Numbered from the stretch's first letter, positions 37,384-47,173 are shown. The stretch: 49,389 bases of DNA from Minisyncoccota bacterium (GCA_028695015.1 JAQVJR010000002.1:66706-116094); one strand, 5' to 3'. The notes: a model not told the origin generated them from the sequence alone. Made by a program: numbers and translations.

Positions 37384-38343
37384 CTACGGACTCCAGTTTA
37401 TTATTATGTCTTCTACTTTTGGAGAAACTCCAATAGTAGAAAGATAAATTTTATAGCGTATATAGCGATTATTTTGAGGACTAGCTGAATTAGTTACTGG
37501 AAAAGCGTAACTAATGTTTGGATTTGGCTGATACCAGTCTTCTGTAGAGCTTGGTCCATAATATTGCCAAGGACCTGAGGGAGAATTTGAAAAAGCAATT
37601 TGAAATTTTACATCACCTCCTGAATTAAAAGCACCTAACCATAGAAAAGAATTATAACCAGCGCCACTATCTATTCCTGTATCTAAGACAGAAGAAATTA
37701 ATTCAGCATTAGAAGTAGTTGTAGCCATTGTAATTTGACCACTTGTATTAAAATCTATGTTTATAGCAGAATCAAATCGATTACCAGGATTAGGAATAGG
37801 GCCTTTTTGCCCATCTCCTTCAGACCAATCAAATTGATGAAAAGTCTGATTATTAAAAGAGCGCACTAGATAAAAAGAAAGAGAAGTTGAGTCAATATAA
37901 TCATGGCCATAATTTAGAAAAATGATTACTTTTTGTGTATTTAAATCATGCTCATCCCCTATTTCCACTATCTCACCATTAGCATCTCTAAAAACATCAT
38001 AAACCTGAAAATATCTCAAAAAAGGAATGTTGTTAATGTGGCCCTCTTCTTTCCCTGCATTAATCACCCAGTTATTTTCAGATAAGTCTATCCAATAATC
38101 TCTTTGTTTCTCTAAATCGTAAATAAAATGCCAATTATTCCTGGCTAAAGATTGAATTGCTTCGGCTTCTTGTCTCATTAAAAAATCTGCTTGTAAAAGC
38201 TGCTTCGTGCTATTATAACTATTTAATGAAGCTCCAATCAAAACTGCTGAGCCACCTACTAAAATAACTCCGACTCCAATTGCAATAAGAATCTCAATCA
38301 AGGACTGAGCTTTCATTTTATAATTCTTAATCTGTAAATTCAT
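37384..38343 (-). CDS. Minor pilin-like protein
   Basis: KA|QSLIEILIAI prepilin-like N-terminus, YFQVYDVFRD, and a C-terminal beta domain (RYIRYKIYL). Confidence 0.75.
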   Translation of the reverse strand: MNLQIKNYKMKAQSLIEILIAIGVGVILVGGSAVLIGASLNSYNSTKQLLQADFLMRQEAEAIQSLARNNWHFIYDLEKQRDYWIDLSENNWVINAGKEEGHINNIPFLRYFQVYDVFRDANGEIVEIGDEHDLNTQKVIIFLNYGHDYIDSTSLSFYLVRSFNNQTFHQFDWSEGDGQKGPIPNPGNRFDSAINIDFNTSGQITMATTTSNAELISSVLDTGIDSGAGYNSFLWLGAFNSGGDVKFQIAFSNSPSGPWQYYGPSSTEDWYQPNPNISYAFPVTNSASPQNNRYIRYKIYLSTIGVSPKVEDIIINWSP

Positions 38344-38352
38344 ATTAAAGCT

Positions 38353-39465
38353 TTATTTGCAAGAACATGTCTTGCTTACTGTTGCCTTTTTATATGCAGT
38401 TCCTGATTTACAATCATCTCCGCTTTCATAATAACAAGGACTTTTTGACGTACATGAGTCGGTACTAAAAGACTCTCCACAATTAGCTTTTGCAGCAAGA
38501 AGAGTTAAGCTACAACTTCCTCTCCAAGTCTCAGAACCACTACTGCAACTGGCAAGAGTATAGCACCTCCTTGCATTCCCTTCTTCTGCAGAATATTTAT
38601 CACAATTAGTAGACTTTGTTGTACTACCATTACAATCATAATCCCAAGAACCACAGTTATTTGGAGTTGTGTAATAGCTAGTCTGACCTGGTCTTGCTCG
38701 TGAATCTGAGTCACAACAATCAGTTCCTGATAACTGAGAAGAGGCTTGGCATTTTTTTGTTCCAGAAGAAGGTGCATAGCGATCTCCATCATTATCTACA
38801 TAGCAATAGCCTGAAATACACTCACTTCCTGAAGAGCAGGTTGACCCATTGGCTTTTTTTCTAGTGGTTGTGGTTGTTGCCTTTGTAGTAGTTGTCGTGG
38901 GCTTAGTTGTGGTAGTTGTTGTAGTAGTAGTGGTGGTGGTGGTAGTCGTTGTTGTAGTAGTTATGGTAGTAGAAGGAACTGTGGTTGTAGTGGTTGTAGT
39001 GGTTGTAGTGGTTGTAGTGGTTGTAGTGGTTGTAGTGGTTGTAGGACCTGCATAAGTCGCTATTGCTATTTCTTTAATTTTTATAGGCACTATTAATCCC
39101 GTAATCCCTATATCCACTGTAGCTTCTATTCCTTTATGCACCTGTCCTATAACCGCTTCGGAATAGATTGTAGCACTATTTCCTGTATTTAAAACTACAA
39201 TCCTGACGTCATTGACATCATTAATGCTTAAATAATATTCCTCAGAGAAGTCTTTATTTCTTTCTAATTTAATTAAAGAATCTTGAATTCCTGAAAAAGC
39301 AGCATAGTAAGCTTTTAGGTTCTTTTGATTAGTATCTAAATTTTGAATACCCCAGAAAGTTAAAGTAGCAGTTGATAAGCCAATAATAAAAACAAGAGAA
39401 CCAAGGGAAATTACTGTGATTAATGCAGCAACTCCTTTTGATAAGTATTTTTTTCTAAAAAACAT
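38353..39465 (-). CDS. PilX/PilK-like minor pilin with long Thr stalk and Cys-rich tip
   Basis: KG|VAALITVI (no E5, PilX-like), KAYYAAFSGIQD, a long Thr-rich run, Cys-rich C-terminus with DNDGDRY...DCCD...PG. Confidence 0.75.
   Translation of the reverse strand: MFFRKKYLSKGVAALITVISLGSLVFIIGLSTATLTFWGIQNLDTNQKNLKAYYAAFSGIQDSLIKLERNKDFSEEYYLSINDVNDVRIVVLNTGNSATIYSEAVIGQVHKGIEATVDIGITGLIVPIKIKEIAIATYAGPTTTTTTTTTTTTTTTTTTTTTVPSTTITTTTTTTTTTTTTTTTTTTKPTTTTTKATTTTTRKKANGSTCSSGSECISGYCYVDNDGDRYAPSSGTKKCQASSQLSGTDCCDSDSRARPGQTSYYTTPNNCGSWDYDCNGSTTKSTNCDKYSAEEGNARRCYTLASCSSGSETWRGSCSLTLLAAKANCGESFSTDSCTSKSPCYYESGDDCKSGTAYKKATVSKTCSCK
38981..39043. repeat. Perfect tandem repeat (GTGGTTGTA)x7 encoding poly-Thr
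   Basis: 63 nt of exact 9-mer copies, read directly from the sequence. Confidence 0.95.
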
Positions 39466-39494
39466 AAAGGTATTTTATAAAAATTTGCTAAAAA

Positions 39495-40118
39495 CTATGA
39501 CCCAGGATTCATCGCCTGGTTTCTTCTGATAATTTGAATGTATTTAGCTATAAATTCATCCTTGTCTTCTATATAATTTTCTACTGAAATAAATACATGA
39601 TCTCCCTCTGCAAGATCTTCAAAATGCATAAATTGTTTTTTTAGAGGCTCAATTGAATCCTCTTTTCCTGTATCTTTAAATACAAATATTTCTGTTGTTC
39701 CTAAAATTTTTACTGCTAAAACTTGTTTCCCTATTTTCTCTACAGGAAATTGTCCTAAACGATTAAGCTCTTCTAAATTTTCATCTATTTCCATTGGTTT
39801 TATCATTTCAATTTTTAGATGATTGTCCTCTATTTCAATTATATCTCCATCTATTGCTTCTAGGTTTTTTGGTAATATAGTCTCTCCTAAAATATCAAAA
39901 AATTCTTGGGTTTCAGTAAAATCATTTTGCTCCTGTTGTTGATTTTCTACAATTAAAGATGCTCTATAAGAAGTTATCATTAAAATAACTTCAACTAGGA
40001 TAAGGATAACTAAAGAAGCAGTGATAGATAGAAATATTGATTTTTTATTCATGTTGTTAAATAGTTTTATTATTAAAATAGTTTTTCCTGATTTTATTAT
40101 GGGCAAAACATAGTGCAC
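39495..40118 (-). CDS. Hypothetical membrane-anchored protein (likely start MNKKS)
   Basis: One TM and an acidic beta-rich domain; embedded in the pilin cluster. Confidence 0.65.
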   Translation of the reverse strand: MHYVLPIIKSGKTILIIKLFNNMNKKSIFLSITASLVILILVEVILMITSYRASLIVENQQQEQNDFTETQEFFDILGETILPKNLEAIDGDIIEIEDNHLKIEMIKPMEIDENLEELNRLGQFPVEKIGKQVLAVKILGTTEIFVFKDTGKEDSIEPLKKQFMHFEDLAEGDHVFISVENYIEDKDEFIAKYIQIIRRNQAMNPGS

Positions 40119-42310
40119 TTATATTGATCATAATCTGCATTCTCATAAAGCAAACCTGTTGTGTAACTAGTGGGGTAAGCTCCTGTACAAGACTGCCAAC
40201 TTCCTGGAAAGTAAGTTGTTATCACATCTCTAAATTCATATGTGCAAGGCGCAACAGGTCCCCACGACTTAATTTTAGCCTTTATTGTTTTATAATAAGT
40301 CCATCTCAAGTAACAACACTTACCTTCATGACACACATCGCAATACTCACCACATCTTGTACCGCCACCGTAATTACCGCAACTTTGACTAGAGCTATTG
40401 CATACCCGAACACCTGTACAAGGCCCACAGGTAGCTTTCGTTTGTGTGCAATAATCACTACAAGGAGGATCGGAAACGGTGCCATCTGCTAAACAAATCC
40501 TATTTTGACTACTATAATAACGATATCTACAATAATCTGTGCCCGTAGGAGAATTATCTCCATCTATATAATAATAATTATTACTAGAGCAACTTTTTAC
40601 TGACACCACTTTCCCAGGATAAATATTTTTATTATTATCATCACAATCTACCCCTGCAAGCTGCGATAGAGGCTGACATTTTTTAGTTCCTGAGGAGGGA
40701 GCATAACGATCTCCATCATTATCAACATAGCAATAATCAGATAAACATTGATCTGCTGAAGTACAAATAACTCCATTGGCTAATTTGTCTGGTTTTGTTT
40801 TTGCTGAATTAATGCTACCAATAGATATATTTCCTACTTTATCATAAGCACAGACACGATAATAATAAGTTGTTTCATCTGCTAAATCTGTATGAGTATA
40901 CGATCTTTCTGTCCCTAAGTAAATTTGAGTACCATCAGTACAATTAGCAGAAGGGGTTCCACTCATAGAATATACTAATTTATAAGTACCACTAGAAGCT
41001 AAACCTGAACCAGGGCCATCTGAAGCGGTTTCCCAAGAAAGAGATACTTTTTCCATATCAGGAATTGCTGATAAATTACCATCTATTGGTGCCTGTCTGT
41101 CTTGCCTAATCCTTTTATAATAAGCTTGACTAGTATTGCCTACTTTGTCTTTACTTTGATATCTAATATATTGAACACAGGTACTCCCAGGCTCACAAGA
41201 AATTGTAACGGGACTAGTGTAACTTATAGATGGAGAACAAGTATTTCCTGTATCCACGCAATATTTTATAGAATCTACTCCTGACCCATCATCATTACAA
41301 CCCATGCTCACATTAACTGAAGGTGCGGTAATCCAATCTTCATCTACCCAATTATCAGAGCAAGTCGGACTTTTTGCATCAACAGTTTTTATTATAGGAC
41401 TACCTATTCCTATCCCCCCTTCACTAGTAGCTCTCATATTTAAAGTTAAATTTGCCCTATCTTCAGCTACTATCCCAAGTTTACTACAAGTATACTGAGG
41501 ACCAGTACCTGATATTGTAGCTTCATGCCAATCACTTCCATTAACTGTATATTCACAAAAAGCAAGCTTTCCTTCAGGTTCATGAATAGTAGTTGATAAC
41601 TTAAAAGGGCTACTAACATAAGAACCAAAAGATGTATTAGAGGCAATAATTTCTCCTATTTCAGGAGGGGTAAAATCTAACTCCCCGCAAATCCCTATAT
41701 CCTCATTGTAAGTAATTAATCCCTGTTTGCATACAACAATATTTGCTGTTTTCCCAGTAGCATCTTCTAAGATTATTTGTTGGTAGGGTTGCTGTGGATA
41801 TGAACCCCCAAGAGATAGAAACCCAGTTAATGATTGGAACAAAACATAAACATGGTCATTATCTTCTGGAGTTTGATATTTTATACCTGAAGGCAAATAA
41901 TGCCTTTCTGTTTCTGTAATCACTCTAGCAAAGGCATAAAAAGGACGGAAAAATGACAAGATTTTATCCTTAATTATCTTAACTAAATTATAATTATCTT
42001 GAAAAGCTCCAGAATCAGGATCAAAATTCAAAGTATAAAAATTCCCTTCTTCTAAAGAATTTTCAAAACGAACTCCCCATTGCCCACCTTGTTCTTGAGC
42101 AATTGATTTTTGTTGTGCATATCTAAGAAACCCTACTATTTCCTGGACCGTATTATCTAACAACTTAACTCTTTGTTGACCTACATATGAAGAAATACCA
42201 ACTCCAGCTATTGTTGCGGTAAGAGCAATAACTATTAAAACTTCTAATAAAGTAAAACCAAAGACTCTTTTTTTAAAACTTAATCTTTGTTTTAATAATT
42301 TAAATTTCAT
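40097..42310 (-). CDS. Large prepilin-type adhesin: pilin head, Ig-like domains, FN3 and Cys-rich tip
   Basis: FG|FTLLEVL (E5); LRYAQQKS; Ig-like segments with YQSKDKVGN; FN3-like LSW...TYYYRVCAYD.VGN; Cys-rich C-terminus. Confidence 0.82.
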   Translation of the reverse strand: MKFKLLKQRLSFKKRVFGFTLLEVLIVIALTATIAGVGISSYVGQQRVKLLDNTVQEIVGFLRYAQQKSIAQEQGGQWGVRFENSLEEGNFYTLNFDPDSGAFQDNYNLVKIIKDKILSFFRPFYAFARVITETERHYLPSGIKYQTPEDNDHVYVLFQSLTGFLSLGGSYPQQPYQQIILEDATGKTANIVVCKQGLITYNEDIGICGELDFTPPEIGEIIASNTSFGSYVSSPFKLSTTIHEPEGKLAFCEYTVNGSDWHEATISGTGPQYTCSKLGIVAEDRANLTLNMRATSEGGIGIGSPIIKTVDAKSPTCSDNWVDEDWITAPSVNVSMGCNDDGSGVDSIKYCVDTGNTCSPSISYTSPVTISCEPGSTCVQYIRYQSKDKVGNTSQAYYKRIRQDRQAPIDGNLSAIPDMEKVSLSWETASDGPGSGLASSGTYKLVYSMSGTPSANCTDGTQIYLGTERSYTHTDLADETTYYYRVCAYDKVGNISIGSINSAKTKPDKLANGVICTSADQCLSDYCYVDNDGDRYAPSSGTKKCQPLSQLAGVDCDDNNKNIYPGKVVSVKSCSSNNYYYIDGDNSPTGTDYCRYRYYSSQNRICLADGTVSDPPCSDYCTQTKATCGPCTGVRVCNSSSQSCGNYGGGTRCGEYCDVCHEGKCCYLRWTYYKTIKAKIKSWGPVAPCTYEFRDVITTYFPGSWQSCTGAYPTSYTTGLLYENADYDQYKCTMFCP

Positions 42311-42320
42311 AATATTTGTT

Positions 42321-43532
42321 TTAAAATTGTCCTACTAATTGATAAACTGGCACTATTAATGAAAGAGCTATACCACCAACCACAGCTCCTAGAAAGAGCA
42401 ATAGTAAAGGCTCTAACATTGAAACTAAAGTTTTTAATGAACCTTCAATTTCTACCTCATAAAATTCAGAAAGAGTTCTTAAAATTTCTTCTGTATGTCC
42501 AGCTTTTTCACCAATGGCTAAAAGATTAGAGACCACTGCTGGAAAAATTGTTTCTTTTTTAAAAGAATCACCAATACTTAATCCTCTAGCTAAATGTTCT
42601 TTTGCAATCCTGTTTAAAGCTGATTCATATTTAGGATGACCAACCGCTCCAGCAGTAATTTCAATTGCCTGAATAATTGACATTCCAGCCCTGATTAAAC
42701 TGGATAAAACACTAGCAAATCTTTCCAAAGCCATTTTTTCCATTAAATCACGAGAAATAGGAATTTTCTCTAATAAATTCGCAAATAATTCCTTTCCTTT
42801 AGTTGTTTTTCTAAAATATAAGAACAAACCCACTGGAATACCAATAATAATTGGTAAAACCAAGAAAATATTTCTGTTTAAAAACATGCCTGCAGATAAA
42901 ACCACTTTTGTAAATGTAGGAATTGCCTGTCCAGTGCCTAAAAACATTTCTCCTAATTTAGGCACAGCAAAAGTCACTAAAAAGAGAATCATAAAAAAAG
43001 AAGCAATCATTAAAGCAATCGGGTAAACCAAAGAAGATTTTACCTTGGTTTGTAAATTCCTATCTCTTTCCATGCTCACAGAAACCTGCTCTAAAGTAGC
43101 TTCTAGATTACCAGAAGACTCCCCGGCTTTAATTAAATTAGCCACTACTGGAGAAAAATAATCTGGATGTTGAGCAAATGCCTTCCAAAAAGGCTCACCT
43201 TTTTCCAGATTAGTTCTTATCTCTAATAAAAACCTCCTAGCTAACCCTGATTCAAAATCCTGAATTAAAATATCTATGGCGCTGAATAAATCAGTACCCA
43301 CTTTTAACATCAAGGCCAAGTATTTGGTTAAGAAAACCTTATCGGTCAAACTAAGAGTTTTCTTAAAAATCGCTATCTCTTTTTTATCCTGTTCTAAGAT
43401 TAAGGGCTTGACTGAAAGAGGTTTTAATCTCTGAGCAGTCAAATATTCTAAAACCGCTTCAATGTTAGGTTGATTAATATTTCCTTCTTTGATATGGCCT
43501 TTTTGATCCTGAGCCAGATAATGAAACAACAT
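42321..43532 (-). CDS. pilC: Type IV pilus inner-membrane platform protein (GspF family)
   Basis: AGESSGNLEATL, KVKSSLVYP, AIGEKAG, EPLLLLFLG. Confidence 0.93.
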   Translation of the reverse strand: MLFHYLAQDQKGHIKEGNINQPNIEAVLEYLTAQRLKPLSVKPLILEQDKKEIAIFKKTLSLTDKVFLTKYLALMLKVGTDLFSAIDILIQDFESGLARRFLLEIRTNLEKGEPFWKAFAQHPDYFSPVVANLIKAGESSGNLEATLEQVSVSMERDRNLQTKVKSSLVYPIALMIASFFMILFLVTFAVPKLGEMFLGTGQAIPTFTKVVLSAGMFLNRNIFLVLPIIIGIPVGLFLYFRKTTKGKELFANLLEKIPISRDLMEKMALERFASVLSSLIRAGMSIIQAIEITAGAVGHPKYESALNRIAKEHLARGLSIGDSFKKETIFPAVVSNLLAIGEKAGHTEEILRTLSEFYEVEIEGSLKTLVSMLEPLLLLFLGAVVGGIALSLIVPVYQLVGQF

Positions 43533-43542
43533 AAATATGTTT

Positions 43543-45249
43543 TTATTCTTTAATAACTCTTAAAACTTCTTCAATGGTTGTTAACCCTAATTCAGCTTTT
43601 TTCAATCCATCTTCAAACATTGATTTAGTTCCTTGAGCAAAAGCTATTTGTTTTAAACCATCAAGAGAAAAATCACTTTTTTGGATATAGGCTCTTACTT
43701 GTTCAGTAATATCTAAAATCTCATAAATAGCTAAACGACCTGAATAACCAGTACCCCCACATGCTTGACACCCTTTTCCTCGATATAATTGCTTAGCATG
43801 ATATGGAGAAGCTGTTTTGCCTTTTATTAATTGCAATTGTTCATTCACTACCTTAATAACATCTTCTGGTACCTCATAGCTTTCAATGCAGCCACGACAA
43901 ATTCTCCTAACTAATCTTTGAGCAATTATCAAATTAACAGTGGCTGAAACTAAAAAAGGAGGTACATCTAAATCAAATAATCGAGGCACTGCGGTCACTG
44001 CATCATTAGTATGCAAGGTAGAGAGTAAAAGATGACCAGTTAAAGAAGCATGAACAGAAATTTCTGCTGTTTCCTTGTCTCTAATTTCTCCCACCATAAT
44101 CACATCTGGGTCTTGTCTTAAAAAAGCCCTTAAACCATTAGCAAAATCTATTCCTGCTTTAGGATTTATCTGAGTCTGATTAACATATCTCAACTCATAC
44201 TCTATTGGATCTTCAATGGTTACAATATTAACCTCAGGTTTATTAAGTTTATTCAAAATCGCATACAAAGTAGTAGTCTTTCCTGAACCAGTAGGTCCAG
44301 TAACCAAAATCATGCCAGTGGTTTTAGTAATATTATTCTCAACTATCTTTACTGTTTCTTCCATCATTCCTAATTCTTGAAAACTCATTGGTTTTGAAGA
44401 ACCTGTTAAGAGACGCATTTCTACTTTTTCACCATAAAGCGTAGGCATAATAGCCACCCTGATATCAAAAATTGTATCTGCGTATTTGTATTTAAATCTT
44501 CCGTCTTGAGGTTTATTATGCTCATCAATAAGCAAATTTGATAAAATTTTAATCCTAGCCACAATAGCTAAATGGATTTCTTTAGCTAATCTTATTATCT
44601 CCCTTAAAACCCCATCAACTCGAAAACGAATCAAAATCTCATCACCTAAGGATTCAATATGAATATCGGTGGCATTTAAAGAAGCTGCATAAGAAATAAT
44701 ATTATCAGTTAAAGAAACAATTGGAAATTCAGTGGCTGCCTTTTCTGCTTCAACCTCTTTTAATCTCAAAGAAGAACGAATACTTTCCTGAATCATTTTC
44801 TGAAAATCTTTGGAAACTTCTTTTCCATATTGAGCAAAAACAAATTTTAAATCTTCTTCTAGGCATAAATGGGGTTTAATAAAATAACCTGTATATTTAT
44901 TCAAAAAATCTAATGTTTCCAAATTGGCTGGATCAAGCATTGCTACCATAATAGAATTATCTTCTTTACCAAAAACAACCACATTTCTTGTCTGGGCTAT
45001 TTCTTCAGGTAAAATATTAAGTATTTCTGTATCAATTTGCTGACCAACTAGTTTAATCCTGGGAATATTCAAATGCTTAGATAGAATATCTGCATAAAAA
45101 TCAGTGGTAATAAAATTACGAGAAATCAACAAGTCAATAATATTTTTTTCTGTTCTTTGAGCTTCTAAAACTAATTCGTCAAAGTCTTTCTCGCAAATTA
45201 ATCCTGTTCCTAAAATCAATTTTTTAAGAGTTTGAAGAGGCAAGCGCAT
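43543..45249 (-). CDS. pilB: Type IV pilus assembly ATPase (GspE/PulE family)
   Basis: ATDIHIE, PQDGR, TGPTGSGKTTT, TIEDPIEY, RQDPDVIMVGEIRD, TGHLLLSTLH, CxxC...CxxC. Confidence 0.95.
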   Translation of the reverse strand: MRLPLQTLKKLILGTGLICEKDFDELVLEAQRTEKNIIDLLISRNFITTDFYADILSKHLNIPRIKLVGQQIDTEILNILPEEIAQTRNVVVFGKEDNSIMVAMLDPANLETLDFLNKYTGYFIKPHLCLEEDLKFVFAQYGKEVSKDFQKMIQESIRSSLRLKEVEAEKAATEFPIVSLTDNIISYAASLNATDIHIESLGDEILIRFRVDGVLREIIRLAKEIHLAIVARIKILSNLLIDEHNKPQDGRFKYKYADTIFDIRVAIMPTLYGEKVEMRLLTGSSKPMSFQELGMMEETVKIVENNITKTTGMILVTGPTGSGKTTTLYAILNKLNKPEVNIVTIEDPIEYELRYVNQTQINPKAGIDFANGLRAFLRQDPDVIMVGEIRDKETAEISVHASLTGHLLLSTLHTNDAVTAVPRLFDLDVPPFLVSATVNLIIAQRLVRRICRGCIESYEVPEDVIKVVNEQLQLIKGKTASPYHAKQLYRGKGCQACGGTGYSGRLAIYEILDITEQVRAYIQKSDFSLDGLKQIAFAQGTKSMFEDGLKKAELGLTTIEEVLRVIKE

Positions 45250-45254
45250 AAAAA

Positions 45255-45878
45255 TTAAATATTAAATATATTTATCCCTATATATGTATTTATTATATCA
45301 TTTAAAAACAAAACAAGTAAGGCACAAGGAAACCAAAGATATAAAAAGGAAAAACGAGAATCTTTTATCTCTTTAAATAAATTAAAAACAATCACTAAAA
45401 AATGAATTAATAATCCCAATAATAAAACTAAACAAAGGTAAATTAAACAATTAGGCCAACCAATAATCAAAACTCCTAAACTAGCCAAGTACTTTTCTTC
45501 ATTATAAAAAAGATTTTCTTCAAATCTTCTATTTAACCAATAAATTCCTAAAAAGACTATTGAAGCAAATAAAATACTAACAACAGGCTCAAACCAATAA
45601 TGTTGCCAAGAATATTTTAAAAAATAAGAAATTGGATTATGGGGCGGCAATAACCGATAAGAAATAGAATCCTGAGACCAAATCCAATAATTTAAACAAG
45701 TCAATACAAAAGAACGAATAACTAATATCCCTGAAAAGCCAAAACAAGAAATCTTTAAATATCTTTCTTGAGGTAATTTTTTTTTAAAAAACCAATATAT
45801 CAAAAGCCCCGCTAAGATTATTAATCCCAAAGCGGGGCGTATAATTGAAAACAGAAATTTAATAAACCAATTTATCAT
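45255..45878 (-). CDS. Polytopic membrane protein of the pilus locus (weak resemblance to the A24 prepilin peptidase C-terminus)
   Basis: About 5-6 TM helices; EKYLASLGVLIIGWP resembles A24 GDxKL..LG...GW; lies between the pilins and pilB. Confidence 0.55.
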   Translation of the reverse strand: MINWFIKFLFSIIRPALGLIILAGLLIYWFFKKKLPQERYLKISCFGFSGILVIRSFVLTCLNYWIWSQDSISYRLLPPHNPISYFLKYSWQHYWFEPVVSILFASIVFLGIYWLNRRFEENLFYNEEKYLASLGVLIIGWPNCLIYLCLVLLLGLLIHFLVIVFNLFKEIKDSRFSFLYLWFPCALLVLFLNDIINTYIGINIFNI

Positions 45879-45929
45879 TACTAGACTAAAACCTTGAGTT
45901 AAAATATATCCTTAATGTTATAGCTAAAA

Positions 45930-46517
45930 CTAGGAATTATAACAACTAACACCTTTATTTATTGGAATAGAAAGATCTGTTCCTACTTCATAAAGCTCTG
46001 TTTCCTCACCTCCGTCATTTGCTCCAACATTATTAGTTCCACTCTGATAATAAGAACTTTCCATGCGGCTTACTAGTTTAAAACCGGTTTCTTCTTGATT
46101 AACAAGATAAACATAATAACGTCCATCAGGAGCATTATAATCTGTAGAATTAGGATCTATAGGTAGAGCACTAATCGGTGAACCTCCTGGCATATCTTGA
46201 AAATTTATAGGAACCCATCCACTTCCATTTATAGCAGGTGAGGTAGAAGCTTGATTAACCATTGTATTAGCACAATTAACATTTGCTTTATGTGAATAAG
46301 TTTGACCATAGTCACCTATATATGCAACAGAGTCTTCTACCATATAAAAAGAAATAGCTGTTTTAAGAGTGTTTAAATCAGAGATTCTTTGAGAATCACG
46401 AGCTTTAGCTAATAATTCAGCAGGGTTAATAACTAATACGATGGTGGTTGAAAGAATTGCTAAGATACCAATCACAATAAGCAATTCTAATAAAGTAAAT
46501 CCTTTTTTTGTATTCAT
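45930..46517 (-). CDS. Type IV pilin (copy B)
   Basis: KKG|FTLLELLIVI, ARDSQRISDL, LPIDP. Confidence 0.9.
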   Translation of the reverse strand: MNTKKGFTLLELLIVIGILAILSTTIVLVINPAELLAKARDSQRISDLNTLKTAISFYMVEDSVAYIGDYGQTYSHKANVNCANTMVNQASTSPAINGSGWVPINFQDMPGGSPISALPIDPNSTDYNAPDGRYYVYLVNQEETGFKLVSRMESSYYQSGTNNVGANDGGEETELYEVGTDLSIPINKGVSCYNS

Positions 46518-46525
46518 GTTAATTT
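46353..46525. repeat. 173-bp perfect direct repeat, copy 1 (5' region of pilin B)
   Basis: Identical to 47001-47173 on base-by-base reading. Confidence 0.95.
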
Positions 46526-46550
46526 ATTTTTTATTAATAAACTTATTTTA

Positions 46551-47165
46551 TTAAGTAATAAGTATGTCATAGACCCAATAACACCTATTCCTAATCTTAA
46601 TAGGGATACTAAGATTGGTGCCTGTTTCATAAAGCTCTGGCTCCACACCTCCGTCATTAGTTACTACGTCCCCTGAACCACTTTGAGAATAATATTTACT
46701 TTCCATATTAGCTATTAACTTAAAGCCGTTATTTCCATCAGTCATATAAACATAGTAAAAACTTTTATCCTCATCTGATACAGGATCTATGGGCAAAGAA
46801 CTAATTGGAGAATCGCCATTGCCTATTTTCGTAAAATTTATAGGAACCCATCCATTTCCATCTATTCTTGATGGATTTGAATTAAACCCTGAATTAAAAA
46901 TCTCGTCACCATCTTCCCCACAATTAATCTCTGCTAAATGTGAATAAGTATAACCATCTTCTCCTATGCTTTCTCCTGTTGTTTCTGTTAGAAACAAAGC
47001 AATAGCTGTTTTAAGAGTGTTTAAATCAGAGATTCTTTGAGAATCACGAGCTTTAGCTAATAATTCAGCAGGGTTAATAACTAATACGATGGTGGTTGAA
47101 AGAATTGCTAAGATACCAATCACAATAAGCAATTCTAATAAAGTAAATCCTTTTTTTGTATTCAT
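46551..47165 (-). CDS. Type IV pilin (copy A, promoter-proximal)
   Basis: Same class III signal and first 55 aa as 45930-46517. Confidence 0.9.
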   Translation of the reverse strand: MNTKKGFTLLELLIVIGILAILSTTIVLVINPAELLAKARDSQRISDLNTLKTAIALFLTETTGESIGEDGYTYSHLAEINCGEDGDEIFNSGFNSNPSRIDGNGWVPINFTKIGNGDSPISSLPIDPVSDEDKSFYYVYMTDGNNGFKLIANMESKYYSQSGSGDVVTNDGGVEPELYETGTNLSIPIKIRNRCYWVYDILIT

Positions 47166-47173
47166 GTTAATTT
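47001..47173. repeat. 173-bp perfect direct repeat, copy 2 (5' region of pilin A)
   Basis: Identical to 46353-46525. Confidence 0.95.

Noticed and set aside
36212-39055. Poly-Val ORFs (36212-36451, 38849-39055) that look like TM peptides, and frame-shifted ORF 38505-38792
   Set aside because: They are the reverse-complement or alternate frames of the poly-Thr and Cys-rich coding regions.
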